Of a stretch of DNA of 42,377 bases, positions 23,443 through 35,229 are shown in pieces. The notes under the pieces are model-generated. The model made no database searches. It saw only the letters and a program-made list of their open reading frames with translations, and was not told the origin of the DNA. Position 1 is the first letter of the stretch. Every line of letters begins with the position of its first letter. Origin of the DNA: Octopus bimaculoides (Eukaryota); contig NC_068987.1 in the NCBI RefSeq assembly GCF_001194135.2, forward strand, positions 74,625,735 through 74,668,111, written 5' to 3'. A program made the translations under genes and the position numbers.

Positions 23443-23927
23443 GATGTTTACTTTACTTACTTAAGCCCTTCGCTCACTATGTCCTTGACACTGGCTGTCT
23501 TTTCTGCTTCTCACTATCTGGGTCGTTTCATTTTGGATTTTGCTGTTCTGCATTACATTTCAAGTGGAATAGAGCACAGAGGAACATAGGTCTTCTACAA
23601 GACCTCTGTTCTCTATTCTACTTCAACATTTCCATCTTCTCCTCTCATCTTCCCCATACAATAGCCATTCCTCCAGTGCTCGGCTTGTTGTAACCAGAAA
23701 TGGCTCTGACGAAAGTAGCATTAATTTCCTATAATGACTACTGGAAACAGCTATAAGCCACATTTGCTCCAATAAAGGGAAAATGTAAAATGACCATTAT
23801 TTCTGACTTGTTTCTTATATATTACTCTGTATAAAACAGGTTTGTTTGGAGCCCCTCCACGGATTTACAATATAGAATTGTGAAGAACCTTAACCTTGGA
23901 TCCTACCAAAAGATTACCTGGAGTTCT

Positions 23928-24012
23928 TCACTAATCTAAGTAATATTGTTAGACTGAAGTGCCAACAGAGAACTTATGAAGTATTTTGCCCGGATTGATA
24001 ATCCCTCACTAT
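23928..24012. repeat. 85-bp partner of the inverted repeat at 23154-23238
   Basis: See the partner feature. Confidence 0.95.
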
Positions 24013-24016
24013 TTGT

Positions 24017-24077
<61 letters not shown>

Positions 24078-24110
24078 CTGACTTCCATACAGTCTCTACT
24101 AAATTCACAT

Positions 24111-24542
24111 NNNNNNNNNNNNNNNNNNNNNNNNNNNNNNNNNNNNNNNNNNNNNNNNNNNNNNNNNNNNNNNNNNNNNNNNNNNNNNNNNNNNNNNNNN
24201 NNNNNNNNNNNNNNNNNNNNNNNNNNNNNNNNNNNNNNNNNNNNNNNNNNNNNNNNNNNNNNNNNNNNNNNNNNNNNNNNNNNNNNNNNNNNNNNNNNNN
24301 NNNNNNNNNNNNNNNNNNNNNNNNNNNNNNNNNNNNNNNNNNNNNNNNNNNNNNNNNNNNNNNNNNNNNNNNNNNNNNNNNNNNNNNNNNNNNNNNNNNN
24401 NNNNNNNNNNNNNNNNNNNNNNNNNNNNNNNNNNNNNNNNNNNNNNNNNNNNNNNNNNNNNNNNNNNNNNNNNNNNNNNNNNNNNNNNNNNNNNNNNNNN
24501 NNNNNNNNNNNNNNNNNNNNNNNNNNNNNNNNNNNNNNNNNN
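24111..24542. other. Assembly gap (N)
   Basis: N run. Confidence 0.99.
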
Positions 24543-24878
24543 TATATATATATATACACATATGTGTACGTACGTACGTACGTACGTATGTATGTATGTA
24601 TGTATGTATGTATGTATGTATGTATGTATGTATATTGTCTAGCTCTATAATAATCATATAATACGAAGGCAGCGTTCTAGAATAACCTTGGCCGTGATAG
24701 CTAAAATAAACCAAAGCGCTAGTGCTTGACATGACCGTACGGTTACGAAGGTCACGTGGTTGAGGATTAGAGTTGCATTCTGCGTGATATTTCGGAGATA
24801 TATTTTCTACGACTTACAGCCTCGGTTTGACCAATCTTTTGTGAATAGCTTCGGTAGACAGAGTCTATTCTGTAAACC

Positions 24879-24979
<101 letters not shown>

Positions 24980-24984
24980 GTTCA

Positions 24985-25170
24985 CCAAGCAAACATTTCT
25001 CTTACTGACATATGTGTTATCTTGGACTTGGCTTTGAGCTGCGACGTCCTAAACAGATTGGTATCCAGGTCTTGTCTGTTAGTATGCACCTTCATGTGAG
25101 TTATAGAAGGCTTCTTCCAACATAGCAGTTGCCTTTCTATCGCAAACTGGCCTAGGTGCAACCTACACTT
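24985..25170 (-). mobile_element. Degraded RTE-type RT fragment
   Basis: NLFRTSQLKAKSKITHMSVREMFA resembles the RTE-BovB segment LFNLRRLQAKTKV...VRELLFADD. Confidence 0.4.
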
Positions 25171-25845
25171 CTCTTAACTTTTGCGGATCCTCCATTGATA
25201 CATCAGTGATACGTTTCTTTCCAAAGTTTACTGTCCCACGTGTCTTGGTACATTGAGCAATCTTGGAAGTAGTCTCCAAACGCCTAAATATTTAACCTTT
25301 TTTTTTTCTGGAACATCGTTGATCCATCAACTGACTTCCTGTGTAGCACTCCTATAGCTTTGACATTGTTTCACTACTCACCTCCGCCCCAGCAATCCCA
25401 GCTAACATCGGACTAATTAAACATTTCCTCTTCTCGTAACTGAATCGGGATTACAGCGCCAGATATCCATGAACTCGCAACTATTATAATGTACAACACC
25501 GTCTTCTAGTTCGAGGAGTCAATTTATAAACAAATTTCTGAACTACATCATCATGTTGACATAATCTCGCAGTAGAATATTGGGTTAAAAATATTTTTCA
25601 GATAGAAGTCGAAGACTGCCTGTGCGACTCGAACCCGCATCTTCGTCATTTTGTTCTGTTTCTGTATGTCGTTGAAACGTCTGCAGATCAATAGTTTTGT
25701 TTTTGCACCACTTCAGCTTCATCTTGCGGATGTACTGCTGCACTCTCCTCTTAGTTTTATTGAACTTAGCAGAACTGAAGATATTTCTGACGTGTCTGGT
25801 TGTATTGCTTTAACATTGAAATTAGAATTGTTTACACGGAAGCAT

Positions 25846-26040
25846 ATTCTTTTCTACTCTAGTTACAAGGCCCGACATTTTTGGGGAGGGAGCGCCAGTC
25901 GATTAGGTCGACCCCAGTACGCAACTGGTACTTAATTTATCGACCCCCGAAAGGATGAAAGGTATAGTCGACGTCGGCGGAATTTTAACTCAGAATGTAA
26001 AGGCAGACGAAATACCGCTAAGCATTTCGCCCGGCGTGCT
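25846..26040 (-). mobile_element. tRNA-derived SINE, family A (5' ~25 nt missing)
   Basis: Well-conserved body; ends at cccggcgtgct, where the tandem repeat begins. Confidence 0.85.
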
Positions 26041-26051
26041 TACATGGAAGC

Positions 26052-26588
26052 ATATTGCACTGGATTCAAGTCATGCAGATGAACTCCAGCTCTGGGCACT
26101 TGATCATACAACAGGAGTCACGCAGGGAAGCGTGCTACCATCAACGTTATATTCAAATTGTCAGACATTTCTGGAGCATTCTGAAATTCAAATAAAGATC
26201 TATACATGCAGACTATACCTGATGCTAAAAGTTTTACACTTCAAAATTAAAACCAAGACAACACTTTTTTACTTGAAGTTTAGTCATACTAGAATTAAAT
26301 AAATAATGTCACATGTTTTCTCGGAAATATATTGCACAGGCATAAGGATTCAAGTCATGCAGATGAACTTCAGCTCTGGACACTTGATCATACAAGAGGA
26401 GTCAGACAGGGATGTGTGCTAACGCCAACGTAATATTCATTTGAGGGGCATTCTGAAATCTAAATAAAGGTGTATACATGCAGACTGTACCTGATGCTAA
26501 AAGTTTCACACTTCAAAATTAAAACCAAGATAACTTCTTTTTTTACTTAAATTTGGTCCTACTAGAATTAAATAAATAATGTCGCATG
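26052..26588 (+). repeat. Two tandem ~262-bp units, each holding an RTE-type RT fragment
   Basis: Units 26052-26315 and 26329-26588. Unit 2 reads GVRQGCVL (ggagtcagacagggatgtgtgcta), the RT domain-4 motif; both units carry a YMQT.PDAK...KTKT segment. Confidence 0.8.
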
Positions 26589-26591
26589 AAG

Positions 26592-27206
26592 CAGTGTTGA
26601 ATAAAACTTATTCGGGAAAAGTCATATTTAACACGCTAGTCTGCATTCGGATGTGATAAGGCCTTTCACTGCGGAAATAGTCCCGTCGTAGCTGACGAAG
26701 CGGAACGACGCAGAAACGTGTGCGTCCTACAACACAATGACGGCATTCAACACCCTATCACAGAAAAAAAATGTCTTCAGCCACGTCTGAATATTTCCTC
26801 GCAGGACTACCTCCGCAGCGAAAGATCTTATCTCGTCTGAATAAACTCGAACGCATTAAGTATGTCTTTACATAAATATATTTTATTGAAAGCCTTTCGA
26901 TACGACATTATTTATTTAATTCTAGCTTGACCAAACTTTGCGCACATTAGCATGTGTCCTGCATGCTTTCTTAATAAGAATAATTTTGTCCTTATCGGGT
27001 TGTGAGCCACAGGTTCGGAACATTGCGGAAATGCATGCGTCCTACAATCCAATGACGTCACTCACAGTCCTAAAAATGTGTTTTCACACATGCCTAGGTC
27101 GAGAATTTTCTTCTGAGACCATTTCCGTGGCGAAAGGTCTTATAACGTCCGAATACACTCGAACGTGTTTAAAAAATGACTTACACGAATATTTTATTCA
27201 ACATTA
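26592..27206. mobile_element. Unclassified foldback DNA element: one inverted and two direct copies of one module
   Basis: 26592-26684 is the reverse complement of 27115-27206. 26700-26890 is a diverged direct copy of 27016-27200. Left terminus is CAGTGTTGAATAAAA. Confidence 0.7.
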
Positions 27207-27219
27207 CTTTTTGTGATAT

Positions 27220-27911
27220 TATACACATACACACGCACACGCAGACACACACACACACACACGCACACGCACACATACACACATACATACATACATACAT
27301 ACATACATACATACATACATACGTACACACATGCATACATATATGTATACATGCACATACATATTTATATACATATGTGTGTGTGTGTGCGTGTGTGTGT
27401 GCGTGTGTGTGTGTGTGTATACACTTTCTACATATACGCACATACAGATTATTTCACCTTTAAAGTGCACTTGGGACCCCACTGTTAACTTTTTGAACAT
27501 CAATGCACCACACTTATGACACGTTGCATTTTGTCTTAGATTTTAATGCAAATTATATTAACATCCAATTTGACATTTAAAAGAATAACAAGCCTGCAGA
27601 AGGAACGCTATCCCGGTTCTTTCACATATTGGGTGGCCTTGTCACAGATTACAATGCAGCGTGCGAGCGACTCTTTCTCATATTAGGTATTCCAATGTTT
27701 ATCTGCTATCTAATTGTACTGTTCATTCTTTACGAGCATTTTACTTGTTTCACAGTTAATTCATCAGCCACTTAACATTATCGGGATATGCTACTTCTGC
27801 TTATGTCAAACATAGTGAGCCGTACAGTCCTTCCTCACCTCGAAATAGTGCTTCTTATCGTTAATGCTTTTCAGATACAGACAAACGTACATGCATAGAG
27901 ACACACACATA

Positions 27912-27992
<81 letters not shown>

Positions 27993-28200
27993 GCATACAT
28001 GCATACATACATACATATGTACGCACGTACATACATACATGCATTTCTGTTTCATAGCAGAAGCACCTGTAAGTTGTACGCACACACACACGCACATATA
28101 TACACACACACACACACAAACACATATGTATGTGTATAAGTATGTGTACGTGTATATGTGTGTGTGTGTTGTGTGGGTATGTATGAAGATATATATATAG
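27220..28200. repeat. (CA)n/(TACA)n/(TA)n microsatellite blocks
   Basis: Blocks at 27220-27440 and 27880-28200. Confidence 0.85.
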
Positions 28201-28314
28201 CTTCATCCAAGCTAAAGGGTGATACTCAAACACTCAACTATGAATGTATCGCATCTTATAGCAGAAACAGGCGTAAGTCAATGAAGTCCATAACATAAGT
28301 GTTTACTACTTTGT

Positions 28315-29815
28315 CATTGGTATGAATATGAATTCATAGTCTGAATATAGAAACTGGAAGTTTCAAAGCAGTTGTCCATAGATATCCTATTTTTCTTTGA
28401 TTTTCAAAGAGATATTTATATCTGCAAGGCAGCTAATCTTTCTGATGGTACATACTTTTTCCCCCCTGTCCCAAGCAACAATATCCGGCCTGTTATGCTT
28501 ACATTTGACCGACGTTTTGATGGGAATACTCCATCAGTATTCCATGAGTTGGTGTTTATGAATGTATTCCATAACAGAGGGATTTTCTAAATTTATTTCA
28601 GGACAGTCTTTTTTGCGGATGGCATTGTAAATTGTTTTAGCAACAACATTGTGCCGCATAGGGAGGTAGTACTGTGACAACATTTTAGGACAGCTGCTTT
28701 AGGATAGCATACGTGATGTCTTCCACAGAAGCATGAGATACCCTTCACATGCCGTCGCACCTTGGGATTACAAGAGCGTCACTGTGTCTCTTGTTCACCA
28801 GGTACTTTGTGGCAATCTCCTGTTCCGGGATTGCAAACGCATAGCCTTCAAAGTGTGATGTGATGTAATGGTCTTGTATCCAAGAGAGGCTGCGTTTCGT
28901 GTCAATTCTACTGTCTTCTTCAAGCTTCCGGGCAACATAGCCATGCATGGACTTTATTTTGTATGCTGAGTGCTTTCCATCCAGGTCTTCTCTGAGGTAA
29001 GAGAGCCCAGCTGTTTTGGGGTCTGTATAGGAGATCATCAGGAAGAGAGTATTTCATGAGGTGTTCACTGCCAACTCGTACAATGTTGCTCACTTCACTT
29101 TTCAGGACTGCATTTATATTTTTATTTTTGCTGCTGTTGTTTAGCAGGTGCTGCCTGAGTGATACCATACGGCATTCGAAGGCCGTCTGCATTGATCTCA
29201 GGCCTCTACCACCTTCAATTCTTCTTAAAGCCTGTCAACATCACTGTTTCTGTGGAAGTTCCCAGTTGTTGTCAGGATTTGCGGGTTTTGATATCTATGG
29301 AGTGGATTTCCTCTACAGACCAATCAAGCATCTCAAATGTTGGGAACAGCACTGGTACTGCAAATTCATTGTGGGATATGAATGAGGGATAGAATCGAAT
29401 GTCTTCCTATAGTCAAGCCATACTGTCACAAGATTTCTGCGTTGTTTTCTTACTTCACACAGTACAGTTTTGTTTAATACAAGTTGTTCGGCACATCCCC
29501 ACACTCCCTTCTTTACACCAGCCTGTTCATCAGTCACAACGTTGTTCGACTCACTATGGTCCTGGAAGAATTGGTTGAGGCAACTTGTGTACAGTTTATC
29601 CATTCTGTTTAGGCATGCAATGGGCCTGTAGTTTCCTGCCATTTTTGGCAACAAGATTTGTCCTTGCTGTAGCAAACCAATGTGATGTACCAGTCTGACC
29701 TTCTATAGTCCTTTTGAAAATACATATCAATTGGTTTCTTTAAAATGTCAGCTTCTTGTACCAATATCCAACTATTAGGTCCCTCCCAGGTGCCTTCCTA
29801 TTCTGCAGTTTTCCT
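28315..29815 (-). mobile_element. R4/Dong-type LINE relic: RT domains 0-3, internal deletion, thumb, RLE endonuclease
   Basis: RKAPGRDLIVGYWYKKL, NYRPIACLN, EQAGVKKGVWGCAEQL, WLDYRKTFDSIPHS, FAVPVL, GGRGL, KSMHG, FEGYAFAIPEQEI, YYLPMRHNVVAK, KHNRPDIVAWD. Confidence 0.88.
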
Positions 29816-30654
29816 ACTCATGAGCCTAGCTTTACTGAGGCAGGGTCTTGCACAGACACTGCATGTTATCGTCATAGGAAGACCCTTGCCGTCTGGAAGT
29901 GCAATGGTGATGCCCTTCCTGACATCCCTCCTTTCTTTCTCATGCACAACTCGAGATTTCTCGAAAGTAGCTGTACCCTCATGCACAATCCTCCTCCACC
30001 TGCTACGGTCAATAACTATGTCTTCCCATGTGTCAGGAGAGATGCTAGCATCTTTCAAGGAAGCCTTCAGCAAGTCTTTATACCTCTTTTTTGGTTTATG
30101 TGGAGGTCGTTCTCCTTTAGCTAACCCTCCATAAAAGAGTTGTTTTGGCATCCTTGACTCTTTCATCCTGACCAGATGACCACTCCATCTGAGCCTTTGC
30201 TTCAACACAAAAGCTTCTATATTTTCACTCCGAGAGCCTTCCAATATCTCAAGATCACTAATGCGGTCCTCCCAATTATTGCCATAGATCCGTCTGAGAC
30301 ACATCTGATGGAAACGTTCCAGCTGTTTAAGGTGGTATCGATATGTGACCCAGGTCTCGCAGGCATAAGGAAGAGAAGAAAGCACACACGCCTTGTACAC
30401 CTTTATCTTTGTCTTCCTGCATATGTCTCGCCGATTCCAGAGGCGCCTTTCTAGCTTTCCGAAAGTATCACTTGCTTTCCTAATTCTTTATGGAATTTCA
30501 TTGTCCAAATTGCTATATCTATTAACAGTGCTTCCCAGGTAGACAAACTGATCGACTACACCAAGTCTTTTACCATACACATAGATATTTGGTTCACTAT
30601 ACTGCTTACCAGGGGCAGGTTGGTACATGTCAACAGTTTTCATGAGAGTCTGAT
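29816..30654 (-). mobile_element. RTE (BovB-like) LINE 3' ORF fragment
   Basis: MYQPAPG, FVYLGS, YKACVLSSLPYACETW, LERFHQMCLRRI, RLRWSGHLVRM, PKQLFYG, RYKD, terminal CSVCARPCLSKARLMS. Confidence 0.9.
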
Positions 30655-30734
30655 GCATACATACATACATACATACATACATACATACATACATACATAC
30701 ATACATACATACATACATACACTCACACACACAC

Positions 30735-31430
30735 ATATATAGTTGAAATTTACAGAAAAACAAAAGACGAAGACAGGTGTATAAACAACAAGCAGGTGTA
30801 TTAGTTTGACACTCGGGAAGGTGAGCAAGTGTTTTACGTTTCGAGCCTACGCTATTCAACAGAAAAGAACACAAGAAGATAAACAGAGAGATTAACGGTC
30901 ATTCTCCCCCATCCTTCTCTAATTCCCTTTTTCTCCCCTTCACCGTTTTCTGTCTGTCTGTCTCTCTCCCTCTTTCTCTTTTTCTCTCTCTCGTTGCTCC
31001 AATATGACCACCATCCATCTATCTTTTCCTCCAGGACATCCAAAGGACTGGAGTCTTCTATCTCTCTCTCTTTTCTCTTGTCAAAGAAAATATTTCTCAA
31101 GTGTTCACTATTTTACTCTCGTTCTGGTCTAATGACCCTCCTTGCTTATTTTCGTTCGGTTTCCTTCTTTGTCTCCACTGTCCTGTTTTTGTTCCCAACT
31201 TTGATCCTCCATAAATCCAAAATTTTATTTTGGTATTTATGGGAGCAACTGTCTTCGAAGACTCATATTGTCGTTCAATGCTCGAAATAAGGAGTAGATA
31301 GATAGCCGACAACTGACGAAGGGTCGTTCTTTGTATTACTTGTCCTGTCTTCTTTTTTTCTCTCGTTGTTTGCTTATTTAACTAATTTATTTTCGTATTT
31401 CATGTTGTTTACTGTTGGTAACGTCCTGTA
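30735..31430. mobile_element. Probable Penelope-related non-autonomous repeat
   Basis: pLTR-like signatures tacgtttcgagcctacgctattcaacag (- strand) and caactgacgaagg (+ strand); recall only. Confidence 0.35.
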
Positions 31431-31453
31431 CCCATATATGTATATATATGTAG

Positions 31454-31562
<109 letters not shown>

Positions 31563-31685
31563 CCATATAAATATTTATATAGGGATGATATTATTAAAAT
31601 ACCATCACGAGTGGTAAGCGAATTATCAGCCGTACAGGCAAATTAATAAAATATATGCATACAATATTAGATATGTACATATATA

Positions 31686-32033
31686 AACGAGGGTAGTACG
31701 TGAGTACCTATATCGCTAAAAAATAGAAGTTGAAAAATACTTCTCTACCACCGAATAATCACAAATCTATTAGCGACATGATAGGAAAAAATATCGGTGA
31801 ACAATAAATAATGTCTTATCTCTACTGGGTCAGAACAAGTAAATGCTGGTCAACCTGGTACCGGTTTCGAAATTTAGCGCCAAATGGGTGCCCGATTTCT
31901 CATCAGCCAAAGTCTGCCAGCTAAATTATTACTAACATTCTCCCCCAAATAGATTTGTGATCATTCGGTGGTACAGAAGTATTTTTCGACTTCTATTTTT
32001 TAGCGGTATAAGCACTCATGTAGTACACTTATG
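31686..32033. mobile_element. Tc1/mariner-type MITE with ~86-bp TIRs
   Basis: Arms ~31686-31771 and ~31948-32033, about 85-90% complementary; TA on both sides; acgaggg-type terminus. Confidence 0.8.
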
Positions 32034-32434
32034 TATATATATATATGCATATCTAATATTGTATATATATATTTTATATATCCATATACATAGATATATA
32101 TATATATATCGTAAGAGTTGCAGGAAGTGAAAATTCAACGTTTCAGTGTTGTTCTGCAAGTAAAAGTTGACAAGAGGGAAATTAAAAAGAGACAATAGGG
32201 TTTTGCATCCCCAAGTTAGAAAAACTGGCTGCAACTGATAAGAAACGTAGGCTCATGGAGCTTTTAGGTGGACAGGAAATAGTAGGAGTCAAAAACTAGG
32301 TAAGAGAGGTAAAAGGAAAGAGGGATTGAGTGAGGAGTGAGAGGAGGCGAGAGAATGGAGAAGGGTAAAAATGTGGTGAGGGATGGAATTGGATAAGAAA
32401 TGGATTACTGAAGTATGAGGAGGTACAGAAGTAG

Positions 32435-32625
32435 AAGGAAAGACGTTCATTTAAGCTTCTCGGTGAGCAAGTTCGAATTATAAATGTTTCCTTGAGTATG
32501 TGGAACATTGGAGCCGCACGCTGATAAATGAATGATGGAATGGCCTGTTGTGTTGAAGTGGCTGGCGACAGGTTGGTCTGGTGTACGTAGAAGTATGCTT
32601 TGCATGTGCTCTCGAAAGTGATAGG
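32435..32625 (-). mobile_element. Penelope-like GIY-YIG endonuclease C-terminal fragment
   Basis: FREHMQSI...PDQPVASHFNTTGHSI, then (frameshift) ETFIIRTCSPRSLNERLSF. Confidence 0.75.
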
Positions 32626-32667
32626 TAAATTTAAAGTTTTTTCTAAGATTATATATATCATTAATAG

Positions 32668-32918
32668 TGGAGGCGCGTGGCCTAGTGGTTAGGGTGTCAG
32701 CACCATGATCGTAAGATTGTGATTTCGATTTCTGGACCGGTCGACACGTTGGGTTCTTGAGCAAAACACTTAATTTCACGTTGCTCCAGTCCACTCAGCT
32801 GGCAAAAATGAGTAACGCTGCGATGGACTGGCGTCCCGTCCAGTTGGGGAACACGTACGCCATTGAAACCGGGAAACGGGCCCATGAGCCTGGCTAGGCT
32901 TTAAAAGGGCGCATTTAG
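32668..32918 (+). mobile_element. tRNA-derived SINE, family D
   Basis: tggaggcgcgtggcctagtggttagggtg A box, degenerate B box gatttcgatttc, central ctgcgatggactggcgtcccgtccag. Confidence 0.8.
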
Positions 32919-33419
32919 TTATGATTATTATGTTATTAATAAGACTTTTTTCTGACATTTCGCATAAAGTTCTTTTTCGCGGCTAAGAAAAATGTTGCTA
33001 TTTCTCCTGTAGTCAATACGAGCTTTGACACTGTGGTGAATGATAGGAAATTAGGATGGGCGCATGCGTGGCGGGGGAGTTTCTCCTCTGGTTTCTAAGC
33101 TCACTGCAATTACTTTTATGTATGCGCATTATGTAGGATACACCTGTAAGGATTTTACATTAGATAACATAGTCTAACATATTTCTAAGAGAGTGTGGTT
33201 ACAGCTAGAGTGATTTTGATCATAAGTCATCTCAATCAGCATTGTCTTGGGGCTTAACAACAACAAGGTCACTTTATGTGAAGTAGTCTTTGATATACAT
33301 AAAGAAAAGATGAGCTCTGCTGTAATGTCTTTGATCATTGGCTTCTTGGTCAAAACAGACCTAGGGTTATAGAAGAACACCGGTTTTACTGCTGTTACGT
33401 TGGCAAAGTAGATATGTAT

Positions 33420-33785
33420 GCCTGTGTGTCTAAGTATGTGTGTATGTGTGCGTGTGTAGGCGCGTGCGTTAGTGTGTGTATGTGTGCATGCGTTTGTATG
33501 CGTGTGTTTATGAGAAAACATTTAGTGTTCTTTGCATTGTAAGTAATTTTTTCAGAAATTCATCCATTAGTTCTTCTCTACTTCCTATCATCCTTTCTGC
33601 CCTCTTTTACTGTTAAATCTTCTAAACCTAACGCGCGCGCGCGAACACACACACGTGCGCGCACGCACATATTCACACATATTTATGAGCATGTGTGTGT
33701 GTGCACGCGCGTACGTATGTACCCCAGTCCGTATTAGCCTGTTTTACACACACACACATACACACACACACACTCACACACACAC

Positions 33786-33816
<31 letters not shown>

Positions 33817-34017
33817 TCGTCCAAACAAAGCATTTACTCTGCTCTCACTCACTTACCACACTACCACCATCACCACCACCACTACCATTATCACCACGAT
33901 CATCATTGCAACCCACCATGTAGCTATCCAAATAGCCTGAGGAGTGGAAGGGAGGAGAGCTCAACGTGGGTGGGCAACTGCTCTCTCACTCTCCGTTTCT
34001 CTTTCTCTCTCTCTGTC

Positions 34018-34056
<39 letters not shown>

Positions 34057-34060
34057 TTCT
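33420..34060. repeat. (GT)n, (GC)n, (CA)n, (CAC)n, (CT)n microsatellites
   Basis: Directly visible. Confidence 0.8.
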
Positions 34061-34682
34061 CGCTCCGTCTCTCGTTCACTCTTTACATATGTCTCACACT
34101 GTCTATCTTTTACCCCCTACCGTTGCTATGGCGCTTTCCTTACATTCCTAAGCGCATTCATATAAATACGTACACATACACTACCAGATGAAAACAGAAG
34201 ATGTGGAAAAAGTCCTACACCGTCACACACGTATACGAAAATGCGTACACGCACACATACACACAGAAGAAGAGTGGGAGACACATAGAAAGCGCATTAC
34301 AGAAGCGCTCAAAAGAGGACAGACACTGCTAAACACATAAACACACACGCATACCCACACAAAGAAATAAGCCGAGGACTGCGTACAATCGAAAAGAACA
34401 CACATCCACACACTTAAATATACATTGAGAGACGAAGAAACACACTCAGTCACATAAACTCTATCTGCCTTGCTCGGAAAATTACTAAAAAACACAAGTA
34501 TATACCAACACGAACAGATTCATAAAACAAACATACACTACCGCAAATATAATCTTGGGACTGGAATTTGTTTCTTCTTTTTTTTTACATAGTATGGTTC
34601 GTACATTCATGTTTATATTATAAAACCTGCTATATAGTACTTCCAGTCATTCTATTATAATTCCATTCACATCTAAGATGCA

Positions 34683-34846
34683 TTATAGGGATATTAAAAA
34701 CGCTCCATTTGTAAAATGGTATTTTATTATATCGACCGTCAGAACAATGAAAGACGAAGTTAACTGCAGTGAGATTTGACCTCGGAATATAAAAGAGCCA
34801 CTACAATTTTGCGTGAAGTTCTGCCGATTTTACCAATCCACCACCT
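34683..34846 (-). mobile_element. SINE family A, heavily decayed
   Basis: atcgacc...atgaaagacgaagttaac...gatttgacctc...ccaatccaccacc. Confidence 0.5.
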
Positions 34847-35116
34847 GACATCAGGTGCCAATAAGGTAGGGCTCCGCGTGCTCACTTGACCGACGAGAAA
34901 TAACAAAAGATTATCTCTCAAACTCACGCCTTTCTCTCTTTTTAAAAGGGAATCGTTAGATAATGAAGTTCTGTGTATAGTGAGACAATTGCCAAAGTTT
35001 CGAAACAAACTTCTTAACCATTTGGCTATGCATACACACACACATACATACACACGCATAAATATACTAAAATAACAAACAAGTACACTATCCGTATGTG
35101 TTGATTTCGCACGCAT

Positions 35117-35152
<36 letters not shown>

Positions 35153-35229
35153 CGGTTGTATCAATTTAACGTAGATGTGTGTGTGTGTGTGGTTTCTAGT
35201 CTGTTGTGCCATTGGTTTTATAGCTGGTT

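Noticed and set aside
25590-25700. tRNA-like B-box (gggttcgagtc, - strand)
   Set aside because: No A-box or cloverleaf found.
29745-30454. Plus-strand ORFs of 92-129 aa
   Set aside because: Antisense shadows of the RTE ORF.
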